Virus record (IMG/VR): IMGVR_UViG_3300005253_000054
Span: 36,284-100,283 of that record
DNA from: a virus
Length of the DNA: 64,000 nt
Strand: one strand, 5' to 3'
How positions within the stretch are numbered: the stretch's first letter is position 1; every line of letters begins with the position of its first letter. Below the pieces are notes generated by a model. The model was not told where the DNA came from, did not search any database, and worked only from the letters and a program-made list of their open reading frames with translations. Shown piece after piece: positions 1-7,655 of the stretch. Both the position numbers and the translations under genes were made by a program.

Positions 1-3
1 GGA

Positions 4-1329
4 ATGATCCTCGATCCGGTTGTGGTTGCGAGAATCTCTAGCAAGTGGCCACAACAGGGATTGTTTGGCAATCGGTTCGAGAACCTAATCGGTATGTGGG
101 CCGTTAAACATTTCCGCAAATATGGTACACCAATTGATAAAGAGATAGTTTCGGTATTCGATAGTTGGGCTAATGATAAAGGTAGTAACCAACAAGACGT
201 TATTGATATGATTGAACGTCTGTTACAATACATGAGCGATAAGTATGAGCAGGACGGTGAACGGGAATCATCGGACTATGTAATTGATCTTGCTGGTAAG
301 CTTTTCAACAAGGTGCAATTGAAACAACTATCGGAAGCAATAGAAGTCGATCTTGAACGTGGGGACTTGGAAGAGGCGGAAACGAGAGTAGCAAACAGAA
401 ATAAGGTAGAATTGGGGATAGGTTCAGTAATCAAACTGGGGGAAGATTTTGAAGCGTGGCGTCGGGCTTTCGACAATTCTCAAACGAAACCCCTGATTAC
501 ATACCCTGGACCTTTGGGAATCTTTTTCGGTAATGCTCTGAGTCGTGATTCGTTCATTGCATTTACCGGTTCAAGTAAACGGGGAAAATCATTCTGGTTG
601 CTTGATTTGGCATATCGTGGTATAAGACAGAGAAGGCGAGTAGCATATTTTGAGGCTGGGGATTTGAGCGAATCCCAGGCATTGCTCAGATTCGGCGAGA
701 GGGCGACGAGAAGGCCCCGTAGAGACGTCACTGTAGAATACCCGATAGAATACACGGATCGGGTCAAAGGCCCTAAGATGGAAAGCAGGGAGCTTTCAGC
801 CATATCTGCGGGGGATAGCCTCAAAGCATGGGATAAGGTACAAAGGGGAAGGGACAAATTCAGATTATCTTGCCATCCAAATAGCAGTTTGTCGGTGGAT
901 GTGGTATCATCGCTAATTCAGGATTGGAGTAGGGAGGAGTGGGTGCCAGATGTAATTGTGATTGACTACGCTGATATTTTGGCACCACCCCAAGGGGTAA
1001 AAGAAATTAGAGAAGCGACTAATGAGAACTGGAAACACTTGCGTAGAATCTCTCAAGAGTTTCATTGTTTAGTGGTGACGGCTACACAGGGAGATACGAA
1101 AAGTTATGATGCTCCGATCCTCAGACGTGGTAATTTCTCTGATGATCGACGAAAGAACGATCATGTAACTGGGATGGTCGGAATCAATGCATCGGAAGAG
1201 GATGAGAGAGTCGGAGTGAAGCGGCTGAATTGGTTAGTACGTCGAGAGCAGCATTACATAGAGAGTAAGCAGATTTGGGTAGCTGGTTGTTTGGATATTG
1301 CCAGCCCGGCTATTAGATCGACGTTCTGA
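4..1329 (+). CDS. DnaB-like replicative helicase (probably 5'-truncated by the window edge)
   Basis: Walker A GSSKRGKS, Walker B VIVIDYAD, LVVTATQ motif; frame is open from base 1. Confidence 0.85.
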   Translation: MILDPVVVARISSKWPQQGLFGNRFENLIGMWAVKHFRKYGTPIDKEIVSVFDSWANDKGSNQQDVIDMIERLLQYMSDKYEQDGERESSDYVIDLAGKLFNKVQLKQLSEAIEVDLERGDLEEAETRVANRNKVELGIGSVIKLGEDFEAWRRAFDNSQTKPLITYPGPLGIFFGNALSRDSFIAFTGSSKRGKSFWLLDLAYRGIRQRRRVAYFEAGDLSESQALLRFGERATRRPRRDVTVEYPIEYTDRVKGPKMESRELSAISAGDSLKAWDKVQRGRDKFRLSCHPNSSLSVDVVSSLIQDWSREEWVPDVIVIDYADILAPPQGVKEIREATNENWKHLRRISQEFHCLVVTATQGDTKSYDAPILRRGNFSDDRRKNDHVTGMVGINASEEDERVGVKRLNWLVRREQHYIESKQIWVAGCLDIASPAIRSTF

Positions 1330-1339
1330 GAAATTAGTT

Positions 1340-1369
1340 TTGGCGATTTTGGATTGGTTGGCGTATAAT
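1340..1369 (+). promoter_or_regulatory. Putative promoter, repeated motif copy 1
   Basis: TATAAT at 1364-1369; 1347-1369 matches 14015-14037 at 22/23 nt. Confidence 0.65.
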
Positions 1370-1407
1370 GAAGTAGCGGGAAATATTGCGGAAATGTCTT
1401 TTAAGAA

Positions 1408-1614
1408 ATGGGAAAACAAATGATGACAAAGGAATACGTTTTGAGCTTGATGGGATCTAGTAAGAATGAACATGAGTGGAATGCAAATTGTGATGTTGTT
1501 AAAAGAGAATATGGAGGTTATCCAGACTGGTGGTATGCTGAGATTATTTTGTCTGGATTGTTGAGACGAACTTTGGGACAAGGATCGGATGAAATAAAGA
1601 TATTGACAAAATAA
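1408..1614 (+). CDS. Hypothetical protein
   Basis: 68 aa ORF directly downstream of the promoter. Confidence 0.6.
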   Translation: MGKQMMTKEYVLSLMGSSKNEHEWNANCDVVKREYGGYPDWWYAEIILSGLLRRTLGQGSDEIKILTK

Positions 1615-1728
1615 GACTCCATTTTTGGTTTGGTAGGAAAGCTAAAGCGAAGAATCCCTTGAACCGATACGAAACGGTTGTGATTGGGTGAAGCTGGTCT
1701 ACAGTAGGTTCGAGTCCTGCCGGAGCCA
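1615..1728 (+). ncRNA. tRNA-like element (T-arm plus imperfect acceptor stem)
   Basis: GTAGG-TTCGAGT-CCTGC T-arm at 1704-1720, then CGGAGCCA; 5' GACTCCA pairs at 5/7; no recognisable anticodon arm. Confidence 0.35.
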
Positions 1729-1772
1729 CTTGAGTTTTGTTTGCATGTTTTTTCAATAAGGAGTAATTTGCA

Positions 1773-2039
1773 ATGAAACGTAAAGTAGAGGTAGTGGAAA
1801 CCGAAGAAGGCGGATTTGTTTCGATGCTGGGAGAAAAAATATGTTTGTTCTGTGGCGTCTATATTTATGCTGGCAAGCTTGTTGGCGTAAATGAGGATCA
1901 TTTGGAATTAGAAGACGCCGTTTTGGTTTATGAGACTGGTGAATTATCGTCGGGATCATGGAAAGATGCTCAACCACTTTTGGGGATTCATCGTGTAATG
2001 TTACAAGCAATTGAATCATGGGGGCCAGCAAAATGTTGA
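1773..2039 (+). CDS. Small protein with Sm/LSm-like pattern
   Basis: LGEKICLFCGVYIYAGKLVGVNEDHLELEDA resembles the Sm1 motif; SD AAGGAG upstream. Confidence 0.5.
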   Translation: MKRKVEVVETEEGGFVSMLGEKICLFCGVYIYAGKLVGVNEDHLELEDAVLVYETGELSSGSWKDAQPLLGIHRVMLQAIESWGPAKC

Positions 2040-2224
2040 TGCCGGTAAATAAGAGACAAAGGTCTAGGTCTAGGTCTAGGTCTGGGTCTGGGTCTGGGTC
2101 TGGGTCTAGGTCTAGGTCTGGGTCTGGGTCTGGGTCTGGGTCTGGGTCTGGGTCTAGGTCTGGGTCTGGGTCTGGGTCTAGGTCTAGGTCTTGGTCTTGG
2201 TCTTGGTCTAGGTCTGGGTCTTGA
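2033..2224 (+). CDS. RS/GS/WS dipeptide-repeat peptide
   Basis: ATG overlaps the end of the upstream gene; 27 X-Ser dipeptides. Confidence 0.55.
   Translation: MLMPVNKRQRSRSRSRSGSGSGSGSRSRSGSGSGSGSGSGSRSGSGSGSRSRSWSWSWSRSGS
2060..2221 (+). repeat. (NGGTCT)27 tandem hexamer
   Basis: Units are AGGTCT, GGGTCT or TGGTCT; only the first base varies. Confidence 0.95.
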
Positions 2225-2271
2225 GTTGTTTACGTATTTTTTAATTCTAATTAACTAAGGGAGACGAAAAG

Positions 2272-3708
2272 ATGAGTACATTGCAGATTGAGCGTGGATT
2301 AGCTGTGGAATTGCTAGTGGCAATTGGATTCAAGACGGCGGGACAAATGAAGGATGGGAAGCTGAATAAGAAGATTTGCCAGTTGGATAAGATTGGCAAG
2401 CCTGATGACGCTGTGTTGGATGAGGATCAGGAATCCCTGCTGGCCGAAATTTTGCAAACGATTGAGGATGGGGATAAGATTACTTTGGTTGATGAACTCC
2501 CTCCGGACACCGCTGATGATGATGCTGATACTGATACTGATGTTGACGGAGAAGGTGAGGATACTCCCGAAACTGTTAGTGACAATGATAGAGAAGAGGG
2601 GGAGGATACCCCTGATCCTAAACCAAAGAAGAAGGGGAGAGGACGGCCGAGGGGTTCTAAGAACAAGGATGGTGGGGAGAAGCCTGAGAAGAAAAATGTG
2701 CCGGAAGATGTTATTGGCGACGATGTTTTGTATAGTGAGGTATCTTCTGGTATCGAACTTGTTACGGCGAAGAGAGCCAAAAAGTTGCTAGGTTGGAAGG
2801 AAGAGGCGGACGATGAAGATTTCGGCAGTAGCTTTCTTTACCGAGGATTGAATAAGAAGAAAGTCCGTTGTGCAAATGTGCTTTCTAATCGACCATTTCG
2901 ATTGGCTATTGCCAAACGATATGCAAATGAGATTCTACGTGGAAAGTGGAAACTTAATGGCGAGTCTGTAATTATTGACAGGTTGGGGCAGGTTCAGGAC
3001 GCACAACATCGGCTGGTTGGTCTTGTACTGGCCGAAGACATGCGACAAGACGACGAGGAGAAGTGGGGAGAAAAGTCTGTTGCAATAGAGACGATAATCG
3101 TTCTCGGTATTGAAGAGAGTAAGGGGGTTGTTGATACTCTCAACCTCGGTCTGAAACGATCCTTGAAGGATGTTCTATTTCGCAACCAGGAAATTGTGCC
3201 TGATGAAAATTCCAATGTGAAAAAGAAATTGTCGGGTGTTCTGGCTGGTGCTGTTCGGTTGGCTTGGTTGTATGGCTCTGGCCGAAAGGTATCTGATGCC
3301 CCACACTTTCCGCATAGCGAAGCCCTGGATTTTCTGGCGGATAATCCTGATATCGTTTTGACGGCAGAGCGGATTACCGATTTGAACGATAGCGGTGATG
3401 AGAAGAATCGTATTAGTAGTTACATCACACTTGCGTATGCTACTGGTCTGGCCTATCTAATGGAAGAGGCCAGAAGTGAAGAGGATTCTACAGAATTTTG
3501 GACGGCTTTTGCTGATGGTAGTAAGAAAATGCACCCTGTTCGATTGGCATTAAATAGTGTTGCGACCAGCACAGGTTATGGTCGTGATGCTGTGGTAAGT
3601 GTGATTTTCAAGGCATTCAATCTGATGACAGCAGGAGAAGAGATTACAGCAAAGGCAGTTAAGCCGAAGAAGGGTAAGTTGGTAACGATTGCTGGGGAGG
3701 AGAAGTAG
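2272..3708 (+). CDS. ParB/DGQHR-like domain protein with AT-hook and acidic linker
   Basis: NRPF..YANEILRGKWKLNGE..QDAQHRL motif; KGRGRPRGSKNK AT-hook-like motif. Confidence 0.65.
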   Translation: MSTLQIERGLAVELLVAIGFKTAGQMKDGKLNKKICQLDKIGKPDDAVLDEDQESLLAEILQTIEDGDKITLVDELPPDTADDDADTDTDVDGEGEDTPETVSDNDREEGEDTPDPKPKKKGRGRPRGSKNKDGGEKPEKKNVPEDVIGDDVLYSEVSSGIELVTAKRAKKLLGWKEEADDEDFGSSFLYRGLNKKKVRCANVLSNRPFRLAIAKRYANEILRGKWKLNGESVIIDRLGQVQDAQHRLVGLVLAEDMRQDDEEKWGEKSVAIETIIVLGIEESKGVVDTLNLGLKRSLKDVLFRNQEIVPDENSNVKKKLSGVLAGAVRLAWLYGSGRKVSDAPHFPHSEALDFLADNPDIVLTAERITDLNDSGDEKNRISSYITLAYATGLAYLMEEARSEEDSTEFWTAFADGSKKMHPVRLALNSVATSTGYGRDAVVSVIFKAFNLMTAGEEITAKAVKPKKGKLVTIAGEEK

Positions 3709-3709
3709 A

Positions 3710-4723
3710 ATGAAACTCAATAGAGAAGCTTTGTTGCAAAAGTTGCAATCTATTTCCCCGGGCTTATCGACAAAGGATGTAATCGAGCAATCGTCCACCT
3801 ACGTTTTCAAGGATGGTCGAATCATTACGTTCAATGACGAGGTGTCTTGTAGCATTGACAGCCCTATCGAAGATGCAGAATGCTCCGTGCCATCCAAACC
3901 TTTGCTTAGTATCCTTGAAAAACTCAAGGATGAAGAAATTACAGTGGAAGTTACGGATGATTATTTCTGTGTCAAAGGTAAGAATAACAGAACCCGAATC
4001 AGGATGGATAAGGAAATCCTACTTCCAATCGAGGCGGTAGAACCACCTGATAAGTGGAAGAAACTACCATCTGATTTCTGTGAGGCCGTCGGATTGGTTC
4101 AGACTTGTGCTGGTGATGATGCTAGTGATTTCAAAATGACATGTGTTAGGATCACTAACAAATACTTGGAGGCATGCGATAATCATCAGATGATTCGATG
4201 GAATACGGAGACACCTATTAAGGATTGTCTTCTCAAAAGCGGATCGGTTAAACACGTCTCTCGGTTGGGTATGTCCAAGGCATCCGTTACTGATAGTTGG
4301 GTTCACTTCAAAAACGAAACTGGATTGGTATTGAGTTGTCGAAAATGGAACAATGAGGATTACCCCGATCTTAGTGAGATTCTAAAGACTACTGGAGTTA
4401 AGTCTGTACTGCCTGTTGGATTGGGCGAGGCTGTGGAAAGGGCCTCTGTTTTCTGCGAATCGGATATTACCAGTGGCTCGGTGGAGGTGAAGATTAAAGG
4501 ATCGAAATTGGTATTGAAAAGCTACGGTCCTTACGGAGATTATGAAGAGCGTACGAAGATCAAGTATGATGGGGAGCCAATGCGATTTCGTGCGTCCCCG
4601 AGGTTGTTAGCTGCCATCGCTTCACGTACGAAGGATTGTATTCTAACCGAGACGCGGTTGAAGACGGAGACGGATAAATGGACTTGTGTTGTTTGTCTTG
4701 CGAGAGTTGGGAAGGATGAGTGA
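3710..4723 (+). CDS. DNA polymerase sliding clamp (beta-like)
   Basis: MKLNREALLQKL N-terminus, ACDNHQM and EDYPD motifs, ~337 aa; clamp loader present in the window. Confidence 0.75.
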   Translation: MKLNREALLQKLQSISPGLSTKDVIEQSSTYVFKDGRIITFNDEVSCSIDSPIEDAECSVPSKPLLSILEKLKDEEITVEVTDDYFCVKGKNNRTRIRMDKEILLPIEAVEPPDKWKKLPSDFCEAVGLVQTCAGDDASDFKMTCVRITNKYLEACDNHQMIRWNTETPIKDCLLKSGSVKHVSRLGMSKASVTDSWVHFKNETGLVLSCRKWNNEDYPDLSEILKTTGVKSVLPVGLGEAVERASVFCESDITSGSVEVKIKGSKLVLKSYGPYGDYEERTKIKYDGEPMRFRASPRLLAAIASRTKDCILTETRLKTETDKWTCVVCLARVGKDE

Positions 4724-4802
4724 TGTTTGATTACTAGATATTTTTGGTTTCGTTGTTACTCTGTTACTGTGTATGAACTTTATTTTTTGGAAGGGGTTTG
4801 TC

Positions 4803-5315
4803 ATGTTTCGATTATGTTTAGTGTTTTTGGTGTTGCTAGTTACTAGGTCAGTTTTGGCAGTTGACGGTCCGATTCCTGAGCCATCATCTGATGTGGGAAC
4901 CATTCATATCGGACCAGAGAATTCAGGTGTTTCTCCTGATGATGTATTGGGCGATTATGAGCAGGATGGAGTAACCAACGGAAGAAATCATTACTTTAAT
5001 GGGGAGTATTTTTTGTGGTGGCAGCCTGCTGCTGATCTTAATATTTGGCTTTTGACGGACACACCAGGAGTAGATGGAAATGCCGCTGTTTGGGTACAAA
5101 TCAATGTTGACGAAAATCAAGCTGTAGATGCTAGTCCGTATTACCCATCTACTAATGCTTCTGGTCCCAATCTCCGGGCAGCAATCAAGCCAATCCCCGA
5201 ACCCTCAACCTTTACCCTCGCCGCCCTTGGCTTTTTGTCATTGGCGTTCTATGGCCGGTGGAGAAGGAAGACTAGTCTATTGGAGCAGATATCCCAAACT
5301 GTTAGGATAAATTGA
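4803..5315 (+). CDS. Secreted PEP-CTERM-sorted protein
   Basis: Signal peptide MFRLCLVFLVLLVTRSVLA; C-terminal IPEPSTFTLAALGFLSLAFYGRWRRK (PEP, TM helix, basic tail). Confidence 0.85.
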   Translation: MFRLCLVFLVLLVTRSVLAVDGPIPEPSSDVGTIHIGPENSGVSPDDVLGDYEQDGVTNGRNHYFNGEYFLWWQPAADLNIWLLTDTPGVDGNAAVWVQINVDENQAVDASPYYPSTNASGPNLRAAIKPIPEPSTFTLAALGFLSLAFYGRWRRKTSLLEQISQTVRIN

Positions 5316-5549
5316 CTGCTTCAGCATTGTAGGCGGGTTACCTACATACGTTTTGTGGATGATAAGGGATGAATAATGTCCTACATACTTCGTGAGAATA
5401 CTGAAGAAGAATGTTGGGAAATCCTGGATATAAAAAGTGAACAATCCCACGATGGGCTAGTAGCAGCAGTATATATCGCTTTGGTATACGATTTTGACAG
5501 GGCACAAGTAATTTTGGATTTGTTGAATACCTATGCATAAGGATTATCA

Positions 5550-6731
5550 ATGCCCGGTTTCTTCACCCCAGACCAGATAAGCACCACCCCGGTCATCCCG
5601 CGATGCCCCTCTTGTGGTTTGCGATACAAGTGCAACTCGCCTAGTATGCCCTACACTGGGGAGGGTAAGAGACGTGTCCTAATCGTCGCAGAGGCCCCCG
5701 GTAGGGATGAGGATCAAGAGGGTACCCAACTCATTGGGAAGTCGGGGAAGCATTTAAGACGCATCCTCGCGAAGCTGGGGGTGGATTTGGACCGAGACTG
5801 TTGGAAAACCAACGCTCTTACCTGTTGGCCTGGGGAAGGGAATCCCAAACCTACCGATAAACAAATCAGCTATTGCCGAGCTAATCTCTTACGAACTATC
5901 CAAGAGTTGGAACCCATTACCATCATTCTATTAGGTGGTACGGCTGTCAAGAGTTTGATAGGCTACGTTTGGAAAGAGGCCGTTGGTAGGATCGGTCGAT
6001 GGGTAGGATGGCAGATACCCGATAGACGATTCAATACTTGGATTTGTCCGACGTGGCATCCATCCTATTTGCTACGACAGGATGATAAGGTTCTGGAGTT
6101 GTGGTTTCGTAGGCATCTAAAGGCTGCTTTTGAGAAAGAGGGGAAGCCTTATGTAGATACTGGTCTGAGATATGTTCCTGACGTATTTATAGAACATGAT
6201 CCGAAAACAATAGTAAAATTAGTCGATGATTTTATTTGGATCAATAAACCACTTGCTTTTGATTACGAGACAACCAGTATAAAGCCAGAGGGGGATTGGG
6301 CTGAGATTGTTTGTTGTTCTTTTAGTGATGGAGAAGACACGTTCGCGTTCCCTTGGCAGGGTGAAGCAATCCCAGCGATGGGCCGACTGCTGAGAAGCAA
6401 AGTACCCAAGATTGCATGGAATCTGAAAATGGAAGACCGTTGGACGCGGAAAGAATTTGGCCATCCCGTTAGGAATTGGTTGTGGTGTGGGATGCAAAAC
6501 TCCCATATCCTAGATAACAGACGTGGGATAACTTCTCTCAAGTTTCAAGCATACGTGCAACTAGGTCAAGAGTCCTATGACAATCATATCAAACCTTTTC
6601 TAAAAGGTAAACCGGGACAGGCGAATCGGATTAGGGAAGTAGATACTGACAAATTGCTAAGGTATTGCGGGATGGATTCGTTAAATGCTTTTGAGATTGC
6701 AATGAAACAAATGGAGATAATGGGGATGTAA
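5550..6731 (+). CDS. Family-4 uracil-DNA glycosylase fused to PolA-type 3'-5' exonuclease (N-terminal part of a split polymerase)
   Basis: CPSCGL..C, AEAPGRDED and TWHPSYLLR (UDG); FDYET, WNLKMED and YCGMD (ExoI-III). Confidence 0.85.
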   Translation: MPGFFTPDQISTTPVIPRCPSCGLRYKCNSPSMPYTGEGKRRVLIVAEAPGRDEDQEGTQLIGKSGKHLRRILAKLGVDLDRDCWKTNALTCWPGEGNPKPTDKQISYCRANLLRTIQELEPITIILLGGTAVKSLIGYVWKEAVGRIGRWVGWQIPDRRFNTWICPTWHPSYLLRQDDKVLELWFRRHLKAAFEKEGKPYVDTGLRYVPDVFIEHDPKTIVKLVDDFIWINKPLAFDYETTSIKPEGDWAEIVCCSFSDGEDTFAFPWQGEAIPAMGRLLRSKVPKIAWNLKMEDRWTRKEFGHPVRNWLWCGMQNSHILDNRRGITSLKFQAYVQLGQESYDNHIKPFLKGKPGQANRIREVDTDKLLRYCGMDSLNAFEIAMKQMEIMGM

Positions 6732-6925
6732 TGCTTAGTCACGAAGTAGAAACCAATCTGTTAGAAATGTTGGATAGCAGCGATGATGGTATTCCTGATG
6801 AATTGATAAAGAGGTGTGGTAGGATTGAGAAACTTATACAAATGGTAAAGCCTGATGGATTTCTAATTTCTTCTCAGGTTTTGGCAATGGTTGTGGAGCA
6901 ATGGGAAAGGGAGAATCAGAAATGA
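6731..6925 (+). CDS. Hypothetical protein
   Basis: Translationally coupled 64 aa ORF. Confidence 0.55.
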   Translation: MLSHEVETNLLEMLDSSDDGIPDELIKRCGRIEKLIQMVKPDGFLISSQVLAMVVEQWERENQK

Positions 6926-7284
6926 CACTCAAAAGAGTAAAAGTATGGAAACACTTGTGATCATGGATTCAAGAGTTTAATCAGATAGCAGAGCTGATCC
7001 ATGATTGGGCCATAGAAAAAGGGCATTGGGATGAGGATCAAAACGACGGAGAAATTATAGCTCTAATTCATAGTGAGTTATCCGAAGCTTTGGAAGGAAT
7101 AAGGCAAGGAAACCCTCCTGATAAGCATTGTCCAGAATTCAGCAGCGTAGAAATTGAACTAGCTGACACCGTGATTAGGATTATGCATTATGGGGCTGCC
7201 AGAGAATGGGATATTGCGGGGGCATTGCTGGCGAAAATGGAATTTAACGAGTCGCGGCCACACAAACATGGAAAGAAATTTTGA
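6922..7284 (+). pseudogene. MazG-like NTP pyrophosphohydrolase interrupted by an in-frame TGA (pseudogene, readthrough or sequence error)
   Basis: ALIHSELSEALE..EIELADTVIR..KMEFNESRPHKHGK motifs; ATG 6922 with SD; TGA at 6958-6960; no ATG/GTG/TTG between 6961 and 7089. Confidence 0.7.
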
Positions 7285-7460
7285 CTGATGGATTCCAAAC
7301 AAATCCAACTAGCAATTGAGGCGAGGGAATGGGCCGAATTGTCTATGGAGTTTGCTGAGGCAAATGTAACATCATACGAAATTAGATATTGGGAAACTCT
7401 TTCTAAGTTAGTCAATGCAAAGTTACCAGAACCAGCGAAGAAAAAGAACCGTCTTATAAG

Positions 7461-7655
7461 ATGACGGATGAGGAATCTAAACGATTCGAGAAACAGAAAA
7501 TCCCGTTTGGTGAATTCGAGAATCTTACTGTTGACAAGATATTTTTCAATGAAGAGTTAAGAAGTCGATTGGAATGGTACGCGGATGAGGAATCGTTTGT
7601 AGACAAATTGAGGCGGTACTTAAATTCAGATAGGGTGAAGAGGTTATTACGATGA
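7461..7655 (+). CDS. Hypothetical protein (IPFGEF motif)
   Basis: Stop codon overlaps the polymerase start (ATGA). Confidence 0.5.
   Translation: MTDEESKRFEKQKIPFGEFENLTVDKIFFNEELRSRLEWYADEESFVDKLRRYLNSDRVKRLLR

Noticed and set aside
2060-2221. CRISPR array
   Set aside because: It is a contiguous hexamer repeat with no spacers and no cas genes.
6958-6960. Genome-wide UGA reassignment
   Set aside because: Many conserved genes end properly at TGA, often with ATGA coupling; only one internal case was seen.
6732-7651. Self-splicing intron splitting polA
   Set aside because: The gap is filled with coupled small ORFs, and I could not see group I/II core motifs or a homing nuclease. Not formally excluded.
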